Below, piece by piece: positions 8,391 to 15,608 of a stretch of 29,835 bases of DNA (position 1 is its first letter; each line of letters opens with the position of its first letter). This stretch comes from a virus (Duplodnaviria; Caudoviricetes). Made by a program: the position numbers and the translations under genes. The notes below the pieces were generated by a model, which had not been told where the DNA came from, did not search any database, and saw only the letters and a list, made by a program, of their open reading frames with translations. The stretch covers positions 1 to 29,835 of IMG/VR virus record IMGVR_UViG_3300017766_000977; one strand, given 5' to 3'.

Positions 8391-8571
8391 GGTGTTTGCT
8401 AAAAGCAATGAGGAGTTAGCCGACGCAATGGGCATTAATTACAACACAATAGCAAGTTGGAGGTTTAACTTTCGCCACAACGCTATGAGCCAAGAAAAGA
8501 AAATCGAAATTTTAACAAGAATGAATTACACTTTAATTACAGAATCAAAATGGAAAAAACAAGCACAGTAA
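8356..8571 (+). CDS. Small HTH (Cro/XRE-like) DNA-binding protein
   Basis: SNEELADAMGINYNTIASWR fits a helix-turn-helix pattern. Confidence 0.65.
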   Translation: MEEQTMQVALSEVFAKSNEELADAMGINYNTIASWRFNFRHNAMSQEKKIEILTRMNYTLITESKWKKQAQ

Positions 8572-9032
8572 ACCACATCCAAGCCTCTGGGACTTGGGAA
8601 TCAAAGTACGGTACAATGTACAGATTTGAAATCGGCTTCACAAATGGTGATGTCGGAGACTACAACAGTAAGTCTAAAGACCAAACATCATTTAAATTGG
8701 GTGAAGAATCAACCTACGACATTACAAGCAAAGATGTCAATGGTAAATTATTCCATACCGTAAAGCCAGTCAAAGCACCTTTTGTGCCTTTCTCATCTAA
8801 ACCAAGCGATCCTGACAAGGACAAAAAGATTGCTCGTATGTCAGTCCTTAAATGCGTAACTGATTTAGTGGTAAGTGGCCATATCAAATTTGAAAGCTTA
8901 TTTGAACACGCCAAATACTTTGAAGCTTATGTTGAATCTGGAGTTAATCCTTACTTTGAAATGTTGGGCGAGAAGTTTGACTTAAAAGCAAAGAAGATAT
9001 CTAAAGACAATAGGGAAGATTTGCCATTTTAA
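8550..9032 (+). CDS. Probable single-stranded DNA-binding protein
   Basis: Beta-rich N-terminus and acidic C-terminal REDLPF tail. Confidence 0.6.
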   Translation: MEKTSTVNHIQASGTWESKYGTMYRFEIGFTNGDVGDYNSKSKDQTSFKLGEESTYDITSKDVNGKLFHTVKPVKAPFVPFSSKPSDPDKDKKIARMSVLKCVTDLVVSGHIKFESLFEHAKYFEAYVESGVNPYFEMLGEKFDLKAKKISKDNREDLPF

Positions 9033-9033
9033 T

Positions 9034-9462
9034 ATGCTAAAAAAGAAAATATCCCCTATAAGTGTATTGTCTGAATTGAGGATGATGCACAATGATGTCA
9101 ATTTAGGCTATTCAGAGCCTTTAGAATTGCTTATCGCACTTAAACAGATACAAGATACCATTGATAAGATTTCAAGCGATTTAAACGAAGATTTTTTAAA
9201 GTCTGCAAATCAGTACAATAAGCAAGAGTTTAATGGATATGTGGTGGAAGTTAGAACTGGAGGCGGGAGATACGAATACGACCATATTCCAGAATATGTT
9301 GAACTATCTGCCAGGCTTAAAGCTATCCAAGATGTTGCAAAACAGTCTTATAGGTTGTCATTAACAAACAACGGAATGATCAGCGAGGAGGGTGAAATAA
9401 TGATGTCTGCTAAATTTGTCCCTTATAAAGATTCGATTGTATTAAAGAAAAAGGGGCAATAG
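9034..9462 (+). CDS. Hypothetical protein (recombination/replication region)
   Basis: 142 aa, helical N-terminus, immediately after the SSB-like gene. Confidence 0.7.
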   Translation: MLKKKISPISVLSELRMMHNDVNLGYSEPLELLIALKQIQDTIDKISSDLNEDFLKSANQYNKQEFNGYVVEVRTGGGRYEYDHIPEYVELSARLKAIQDVAKQSYRLSLTNNGMISEEGEIMMSAKFVPYKDSIVLKKKGQ

Positions 9463-9513
9463 CCCCCTAATCCTGTCAGATATGAAAAAAGTATTGCGAA
9501 AATACTATTAATA

Positions 9514-9544
9514 TTTGGAAATTACAAAACAAACTTTATATTTG
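9514..9544 (+). promoter_or_regulatory. Host-type promoter for the replication operon
   Basis: TTTG-N19-TATATTTG. Confidence 0.82.
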
Positions 9545-9550
9545 CAATAG

Positions 9551-9661
9551 GATTCGCACCCCTAATCAGTATGAAACTAATTTTAAATAGAGCAATAGCA
9601 AGTAAAAGACTGGGTAATACTGAACCCGTGCGAAAGTCTTTGAAAGTTATTGCTCTTTTTT
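9551..9661 (+). ncRNA. Structured leader RNA or riboregulator (C4/CI-RNA-like architecture)
   Basis: Stems 9589-9599/9646-9656, 9605-9611/9635-9641 and 9612-9615/9624-9627, then a T-run. Loop and bulge are complementary to 9566-9572 and 9553-9559. Confidence 0.7.
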
Positions 9662-9669
9662 ATTTATGA
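9571..9669 (+). CDS. Leader peptide (32 aa, MKLILNRAIASKRLGNTEPVRKSLKVIALFYL)
   Basis: Open frame through the whole hairpin; its TGA overlaps the ATG at 9666 (ATGA coupling). Confidence 0.5.
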   Translation: MKLILNRAIASKRLGNTEPVRKSLKVIALFYL

Positions 9670-10151
9670 ATATTATTGAAAAAAATTTAGAAAACATTAT
9701 TCTAACAACACCAAATGAGGTGTTAAATCAAAAAGGGTTACCAATTTATGGTAAAAAGAAAAGCCAAGTTAATTTAGGTAGGTATGGTAGAGCTGATTTA
9801 ATTACATTTGAAAAATCATACGATTATTCTCATTTAGGTAATTTTACTCCAGCTTTACATATAACTATTTATGAATTAAAACAAAGAGAATTAGATTTAA
9901 ATACTTTTGGCCAAGTATCAAGTTATTTAAAAGGCCTTCAAAGATATTTAGATAAACGAGGTAAGTTTAAAAACTTTGAGATTAATTATGAAATTGTTTT
10001 AGTTGGTTATTCGGTAAAGAAAAACCCACAAATTTATTTTATAAATGATTTATTTATAAATGCAAATATTTATTTATATAATGTAGATATAAATGGGTTG
10101 TCTTTTGAATATTGGGATACAAATATTAAATATGAAAATGAGGGATTTTAA
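9666..10151 (+). CDS. PD-(D/E)XK family nuclease (NucS C-terminal/RecB-like motifs)
   Basis: GRADLI...IYELK...GQVSSYL fits D, ExK and QxxxY; the gene is conspicuously AT-rich. Confidence 0.72.
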   Translation: MNIIEKNLENIILTTPNEVLNQKGLPIYGKKKSQVNLGRYGRADLITFEKSYDYSHLGNFTPALHITIYELKQRELDLNTFGQVSSYLKGLQRYLDKRGKFKNFEINYEIVLVGYSVKKNPQIYFINDLFINANIYLYNVDINGLSFEYWDTNIKYENEGF

Positions 10152-10153
10152 TT

Positions 10154-10813
10154 ATGGCAAAAAGATTTACTGACACAACAAAATGGAATAAGCCCTTTAT
10201 AAGAGGCTTACAAGCACCTTACAAGCTCCTTTGGTTTTATATTTTAGATGATTGCGATCACGCAGGAATATGGCAAGTTGATGAGGATGTTGCTAAAATT
10301 AGAATTGGATGCGAAATTGATTTTAATGATGCAATAAAAATTTTCGGCAACCATATCCAGGTATTTGATGACGGTCAAAAATGGTTTATTAAGGATTTTA
10401 TAGATTTTCAATATGGAGAATTAAATCCTTTAAATAGAGTGCATTTATCAATTATATCAATTCATAAAAAATATAAAATTAAGCCCCTTACAAGCCCCTT
10501 GCAAGGTGCTAAGGATAAAGATAAAGATAAGGATATGGATAAAGAACAAGATAAAGATAAAGAAACTGTATTTAGTTTTGAAGAATTTTGGGAAGCTTAT
10601 CCAAATAAAGTTGCTAAAGAAAAATGTAAGGATAAATTTAAAAACCTTTCTGAAGAGAAAAGACAAAAAATTAAAGAAACAATTTTTACATTTGCAAAAT
10701 ACAAACCATTTGAAACTTATTCTCATCCGCATCCAATGACTTATCTAAATCAAGAAAGATGGGATGATGAGATTAAGCCTAAACAAGAATATAAAGAAAT
10801 AATCTGGGAATAA
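10154..10813 (+). CDS. Phage replication initiator (replisome organizer-like)
   Basis: N-terminal MAKRFTDT.KW...KLLWFYILDDCDHAGIW, DKDKDK linker, C-terminal FEEFWEAYPNK...P.TYLNQERWDDE. Confidence 0.8.
   Translation: MAKRFTDTTKWNKPFIRGLQAPYKLLWFYILDDCDHAGIWQVDEDVAKIRIGCEIDFNDAIKIFGNHIQVFDDGQKWFIKDFIDFQYGELNPLNRVHLSIISIHKKYKIKPLTSPLQGAKDKDKDKDMDKEQDKDKETVFSFEEFWEAYPNKVAKEKCKDKFKNLSEEKRQKIKETIFTFAKYKPFETYSHPHPMTYLNQERWDDEIKPKQEYKEIIWE
10190..10233. repeat. Four tandem 11-bp units (AAGnnnCTTAC-like), iteron candidates
   Basis: aagccctttat, aagaggcttac, aagcaccttac, aagctcctttg. Confidence 0.6.
10481..10563. repeat. 11-bp iteron-like units followed by a GATAAA hexamer array
   Basis: aagccccttac, aagccccttgc, aaggtgctaag, then (GATAAA/GATAAG)n; preceded by AT-rich 10441-10480. 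Confidence 0.65.
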
Positions 10814-10814
10814 T

Positions 10815-11471
10815 ATGTACATTAAAGACGCACAAAATAAAGAATTAGGCAAGATACTCGAGAATGTTTGTATGCTTGCCGACCTGGACATACCCAAATA
10901 TCCAGCAGAGATTGTTGAGTTTATCAAACAAAACTACGGCAAATACAATATCAATGTCATTAAGGATTCAATGGACAAATGGATTATGGGTATAATTGAT
11001 GTAAAGAAGCCAGAACGCTTAAATGCTCAATTTGTGGCAACAGTAATTTATAAGGCAATCAATAGTGGGTTGCTTGGCGAAATTGATATCCAAAAGCCAA
11101 TAGTAAAAAAGACTGAAAACTTTGTTAAGCTTACTCCAGAGGAGGAACGCCAAGGGTATGAAGATATGAGGAAGGTTTGGTATGAATATGAAGAGACTAA
11201 AAAATTTGATTCGTTTCCAATGTTTTTCAGCTCGAAATATGAGTTTATCCGCACATTTGATGATATGCAATATCCAGAGTTTGTACTTGAAATAATGATC
11301 AGCGAATTGAAACTGGCTTTGGAGGATAAGTACAAAAGAGACCAAACGAAAAATAACCCATTTATGACATTTATAAATAACTTCTCCTTGCCAAATATCA
11401 ATTGGAGAATGTTTGCTTGTGTTTGTTTACATTATAGAACTTGTTATGCCAACAGAAATATTCAGAGCTAA
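10815..11471 (+). CDS. Hypothetical protein (position typical of a helicase loader/adaptor)
   Basis: 218 aa right after the initiator; no Walker motif seen. Confidence 0.65.
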   Translation: MYIKDAQNKELGKILENVCMLADLDIPKYPAEIVEFIKQNYGKYNINVIKDSMDKWIMGIIDVKKPERLNAQFVATVIYKAINSGLLGEIDIQKPIVKKTENFVKLTPEEERQGYEDMRKVWYEYEETKKFDSFPMFFSSKYEFIRTFDDMQYPEFVLEIMISELKLALEDKYKRDQTKNNPFMTFINNFSLPNINWRMFACVCLHYRTCYANRNIQS

Positions 11472-11691
11472 TTTATTAGTCCAAACAGATAAAGGGCCAA
11501 AGTGGGTTAAAGATGTGGTATATAAACATACTGACGGGTATTTCCATCGCAAACGCTATTTTAAAGAACCAGTGAAGGTTTTACAAGTTGAAGTTATTAA
11601 AAGTTTGGGATTCAGTTTTGAAGGCTTGACGCATACTGAAGTACAGAAATCTGAAGAGATAAGAAATAATAAAACAGGATCTTATGAATAA
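11446..11691 (+). CDS. Hypothetical protein
   Basis: Likely start ATG 11446; overlaps both neighbours. Confidence 0.6.
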   Translation: MPTEIFRANLLVQTDKGPKWVKDVVYKHTDGYFHRKRYFKEPVKVLQVEVIKSLGFSFEGLTHTEVQKSEEIRNNKTGSYE

Positions 11692-12475
11692 CACAATAAA
11701 TATAATTAATTTTAGCGGAGGTAGAACATCTGCATATATGGCAAAAAGACTTATTGACGAAGGATTAAATGATTATATAGTTGTTTTTACTAATACAGGT
11801 AAAGAAATGCCACAAACATTAGACTTTATAAATGAATGCGACAAAAGATGGAATTTAAATTTAATATGGATAGAATATAGATATGGCAATAATTTTGAAG
11901 TTGTTAATTATGAATCAGCATCAAGGGATGGTCGGCCTTATTCTGAATTAATTGAATTTAGAAAAGGAGTTTTACCAACTAGTATGCGTAGATTTTGTAC
12001 GCACGAATTAAAAATTGATACATCAAGAAGGTATTTAAAGTCAATTGGTTTATCTGATTGGATTTATTATAATGGTATAAGATATGACGAGCCAAGAAGA
12101 TGGGGTAAAATGAAAAATTTGCCAAGTTATATTGATATTGAAATGCCCCTTGTTAAATGGAAAATAACAAAAAAAGATGTTTTAAACTTTTGGTCAAAAC
12201 AAGATTTTAATTTGATGTTAAATGAACCATATGGCAATTGCGACTGTTGTTTTTTAAAAGGCAAAGGTAAACTTGCTATTATAGCAAAAGAAAAACCAGA
12301 ACTTTTTGATTGGTGGATTGAAAAGGAAAACAATCAATTAGAAAAAAATAATAGAAAAACAGGTGGAATATTTAAACAGGATATTTCTTATAAACAGATC
12401 AGAGATAAGGCACAAAATCAAATTGGACTTTGGGATGATGATCCATCTTTTGAATGCTTTTGTAATGTAGATTGA
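11684..12475 (+). CDS. PAPS reductase family protein (adenine nucleotide alpha hydrolase fold)
   Basis: PP-loop-like NFSGGRTSA, FTNTGKE, RFCTHELK, GIRYDEPRR, GNCDCCFLK and terminal CFC. Confidence 0.85.
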   Translation: MNNTINIINFSGGRTSAYMAKRLIDEGLNDYIVVFTNTGKEMPQTLDFINECDKRWNLNLIWIEYRYGNNFEVVNYESASRDGRPYSELIEFRKGVLPTSMRRFCTHELKIDTSRRYLKSIGLSDWIYYNGIRYDEPRRWGKMKNLPSYIDIEMPLVKWKITKKDVLNFWSKQDFNLMLNEPYGNCDCCFLKGKGKLAIIAKEKPELFDWWIEKENNQLEKNNRKTGGIFKQDISYKQIRDKAQNQIGLWDDDPSFECFCNVD

Positions 12476-12502
12476 AAACAAAATCGTAAAGATGCGTTCT
12501 AT
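12475..12502 (+). promoter_or_regulatory. Putative late-type promoter (variant)
   Basis: AAAACAA-N14-GTTCTAT, 33 nt before ATG 12508. Confidence 0.5.
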
Positions 12503-12507
12503 GTTTA

Positions 12508-13503
12508 ATGGGGCAAATCAGCAAAAAAGGATTAATAGTCAGAGAGTATTTGGCTAAATATCCTCAATCATCCATTCGTACACTTGCACAGTTACTAATG
12601 GAGCACTATCCGACACTATTTACTAATTATAGTGCAGCTCGAACAATCTTAAGCCAACATTCAGGCAGATGGTCAAAGCTTAAAAACCCGATCAAAACAG
12701 AAAGGATACAATCAAGAGAGAATCCATTTGGCTTACCAGAATCAAGAGCCAATGTCCGCAAGTTTGTAAAGATTGAAGGGTCCACAAGAGTGCTTTGGCT
12801 TTCGGATATACACTTCCCAAACCAAGACAATGAAGCTTTAACGGCTGCTTTGCAGTTTGGATTAGATAATCAGATTGACTGTATCGTTTTAGGAGGTGAT
12901 ATATTGGACAATGAACCATTCACCAGCCACGATGCTCCCCCACCATTGTACTCCGAGATTCGCCAATGGTTTGAAATGGTTTCTGAATTTTTGGATATGC
13001 TTAATGACCGTTTCAAATGCCCGATACATTGGATCGAAGGCAATCACGACAACTGGTATAAGCGTTATTTAATGAAAAAAGCCCCAGCATTGTTTCACGA
13101 TGAGTATTACACGCTATCTTCAAGGCTTAAATTAAGAGAAAAAAACATAATCTGGCACGACCAAAATGTAATCTTGATGGCTGGTAAGCTTCCAATGACG
13201 CACGGCCATATGATTGTCAAAGGATTTTTTAGTCCAGTGAACCCAGCAAGAGGTGTATACAACCGTATTAAGTCATCAATGCTAATTGGGCATTGCCATA
13301 CCACATCTGAACACTCAGAAAGCATACTAAACCACGAGCTTTCAACCACTTATTCAACTGGATGCCTTTGCGAACTTGCCCCCGATTATGATCCGTTTAA
13401 TACCAAACATAACCAGGGCTTTGCAATGATTGAAATTAAAGAAAACGGAAACTACCGAGTACACAATAAGCGTATTGACTATTTTACTAAAGAAATATAC
13501 TAA
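12508..13503 (+). CDS. Calcineurin-like metallophosphoesterase with an N-terminal extension
   Basis: SDIH, GDILD, GNHD, THGH and GHCH motifs in canonical order. Confidence 0.88.
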   Translation: MGQISKKGLIVREYLAKYPQSSIRTLAQLLMEHYPTLFTNYSAARTILSQHSGRWSKLKNPIKTERIQSRENPFGLPESRANVRKFVKIEGSTRVLWLSDIHFPNQDNEALTAALQFGLDNQIDCIVLGGDILDNEPFTSHDAPPPLYSEIRQWFEMVSEFLDMLNDRFKCPIHWIEGNHDNWYKRYLMKKAPALFHDEYYTLSSRLKLREKNIIWHDQNVILMAGKLPMTHGHMIVKGFFSPVNPARGVYNRIKSSMLIGHCHTTSEHSESILNHELSTTYSTGCLCELAPDYDPFNTKHNQGFAMIEIKENGNYRVHNKRIDYFTKEIY

Positions 13504-13745
13504 TGCTTGAGCTTGACATATTTCAGCTAACCGATGCCCAGCTTGAAAACGAAGACGAGGGGTATGTTATGTCTGAATGTGATATTGCTCCACGACTGTT
13601 TATTCATATTGATTCCTTTGGCAAGTATATTGACTACGATGGCCTGGAGTACACCAGCATTTATTCTGGAGGTATGGAGTTTATAAGTATGTTATCTTAT
13701 GAGGAATTTAAGGTAATGTACTTTAAACACTACAGAATCACATAA
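13503..13745 (+). CDS. Acidic hypothetical protein
   Basis: 80 aa, TAATG coupling to the upstream gene. Confidence 0.7.
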   Translation: MLELDIFQLTDAQLENEDEGYVMSECDIAPRLFIHIDSFGKYIDYDGLEYTSIYSGGMEFISMLSYEEFKVMYFKHYRIT

Positions 13746-13771
13746 ATTGTGAATATTTTTTAAGTAACCCT

Positions 13772-13802
13772 TTTTAAATTTAAAATTTTAAATGTACATT
13801 TG
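13772..13802 (+). promoter_or_regulatory. Host-type promoter
   Basis: -7 box TACATTTG at 13795-13802 in an intergenic gap; the -33 box is imperfect. Confidence 0.6.
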
Positions 13803-13810
13803 TTTCAGAT

Positions 13811-14095
13811 ATGAAAATAAACGAAACAATTGAAGACATTTTGATGTATCAAAAGCACACAAGGGACTGCGATTATTACCTTTATAATCAAATCTTAAAG
13901 CTTTACGATGCCCAAAACATCACGGCACTTGAATTACTCAAGGCAATGAAGAGCAAAACCATTCCGTCTTTTGAATCAGTAAGCCGAGCAAGGCGACAAC
14001 TTCAACAAATGAGGCCTGACTTAAGGGGTTCTAATTGGATGAATAGACAAACATCGGCACAAGACAAACGCAAAAAAGAATTAGGCTATGTATAA
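13811..14095 (+). CDS. Hypothetical protein, possibly DNA-binding
   Basis: 94 aa with ESVSRARRQLQ...PDLRG. Confidence 0.7.
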   Translation: MKINETIEDILMYQKHTRDCDYYLYNQILKLYDAQNITALELLKAMKSKTIPSFESVSRARRQLQQMRPDLRGSNWMNRQTSAQDKRKKELGYV

Positions 14096-14189
14096 CGATG
14101 ACCAAAAATATCAATTAATACAAGCCATCGTTTTTTTTATACTTGGAATGCTTGGATTACTCGCACTTATTGTTTGGGCAAGTTTATGA
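14088..14189 (+). CDS. Small membrane peptide (33 aa)
   Basis: MYNDDQKYQLIQAIVFFILGMLGLLALIVWASL; overlaps both neighbours; read manually. Confidence 0.6.
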   Translation: MYNDDQKYQLIQAIVFFILGMLGLLALIVWASL

Positions 14190-14533
14190 AACACGAGGAA
14201 AGCAAATTGCAAATAATGTGCGTCAAATGGTTTAGGTTTAACTATCCTAAACTTGCACGATTGCTTTTTGCAGTGCCTAATGGTGGTCGTAGGTCTTTAA
14301 TAACTGCTAAAATATTAAAAGCCGAGGGCGTTTTGTCTGGGGTGGCTGACCTTGTCTTGCTAAAACCAACAGAAAACTATCACGGTTTGTGCATTGAGAT
14401 GAAAATCAAGCCAAATAAACAAACAGATACTCAAAAGGAATGGCAAAAGGATGTTGAGGATAACGGATTTAAATACATAGTATGCTATTCATTTGAAGAC
14501 TTTGAGGCTAAAATAAAAGAATACCTATGCTGA
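14186..14533 (+). CDS. VRR-NUC domain nuclease (Holliday junction resolvase-like)
   Basis: ESKLQ, FAVPNGG, GVLSGVADL, IEMK, Q...QKEW; likely start ATG 14186. Confidence 0.88.
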   Translation: MKHEESKLQIMCVKWFRFNYPKLARLLFAVPNGGRRSLITAKILKAEGVLSGVADLVLLKPTENYHGLCIEMKIKPNKQTDTQKEWQKDVEDNGFKYIVCYSFEDFEAKIKEYLC

Positions 14534-15117
14534 CACTTCAAGACTTTGCCAATAAGCATAAAGAATGGCTTAAAATAGCTAACTATTTGGGGGCGGATTC
14601 AGCGACGGCAAAGGAAATTGTGCAACAGATGTATCTAAAAATAGGTGAATTGCAGATAAAAGAAGGAAATCTTGAGAAGTTAGTCAACTATTCTGGGGGT
14701 ATCAATACGGTATATGTTTTTAAAGTCATTCAGAACCTATACTACGACTTCCACAAACGCAAGGAATACGGTGCGGATTTCACAAATTTTGAATACGAAC
14801 TTGAGCCAATTGATGATCAAGAGCAAAAATATCAGGTATTGATTCATAAACTTAAACGAATCATCCAAGGTTTCGGGGAATATGAGCAAATGCTTCTTGA
14901 ATTGTATTTTGTAAATGGTTGCAGCTTAAGAGATATAGCCAAAAGCACTGGGATTGGAGTACATTCAATATTTAATACTATAAAAAATGCCAAAGAAAAA
15001 CTTAAAAAACAAACAAAAAACGATTATCGAGCATATCGAGAATCAAGAAACAAAAGAACAACCATCATTAGGTTTGGGGGACACGATTGCGAAGGTAACC
15101 AAAGCGACTGGGATTGA
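14527..15117 (+). CDS. Phage-encoded sigma-70/ECF-like sigma factor
   Basis: Region-2-like AKEIVQQMYLKI...YVFKVIQNLYYDFHKR and region-4 HTH LYFVNGCSLRDIAKSTGIGVHSIFNTIKNAK. Confidence 0.8.
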   Translation: MLTLQDFANKHKEWLKIANYLGADSATAKEIVQQMYLKIGELQIKEGNLEKLVNYSGGINTVYVFKVIQNLYYDFHKRKEYGADFTNFEYELEPIDDQEQKYQVLIHKLKRIIQGFGEYEQMLLELYFVNGCSLRDIAKSTGIGVHSIFNTIKNAKEKLKKQTKNDYRAYRESRNKRTTIIRFGGHDCEGNQSDWD

Positions 15118-15421
15118 TAAGCTTGTCAAGTTTATTGCTGGTGAGGATTGTGGATGCGAAGAGCGTAAAGAGAAGCTTAATAAGTTATTCCGTTACAAGC
15201 AACCATTGTGCTTGACAGAGAATGAGTTTAACTATTTAACAGAGTTTCAAAAGGTGAACAATACAACCTTGACAAAACAAGAGGGCGATGAAATTGCGAC
15301 AATATGGAATAGAGTATTTCAATCAAGGAAGTTTTATAGACCTTGCACTTGTAACCCTAAAGCCTGGCAAGATATGATCAATGACTTATTAATTATACAT
15401 AAAGAATATGGCATCAATTAG
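14987..15421 (+). CDS. Cys-motif hypothetical protein (GLGDTI...DCGC...CTC)
   Basis: 144 aa, probably metal-binding; overlaps the sigma gene 3' end by up to 131 nt. Confidence 0.75.
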   Translation: MPKKNLKNKQKTIIEHIENQETKEQPSLGLGDTIAKVTKATGIDKLVKFIAGEDCGCEERKEKLNKLFRYKQPLCLTENEFNYLTEFQKVNNTTLTKQEGDEIATIWNRVFQSRKFYRPCTCNPKAWQDMINDLLIIHKEYGIN

Positions 15422-15608
15422 CATAAGTTATTTATATGACCTTAATCCCGATCCAAAGAAATACTTTCGTGTTTGGCACGATGGTCTTATAGTTGGACAA
15501 TTTGAAAATAGACAAGATGCGGAACTTTTAAAAAATTATTATAATGAAATCAAAAATCAAACTTATTCCGATCAAGGAAATCAAAGAGAACCCAAACAAT
15601 CCTCGTAA
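15408..15608 (+). CDS. Hypothetical protein
   Basis: 66 aa filling the gap and overlapping both neighbours. Confidence 0.55.
   Translation: MASISISYLYDLNPDPKKYFRVWHDGLIVGQFENRQDAELLKNYYNEIKNQTYSDQGNQREPKQSS

Noticed and set aside
10511-10563. GATAAA array as a CRISPR or contingency repeat
   Set aside because: No spacers; the in-frame hexamers encode the DK linker common in phage initiators.
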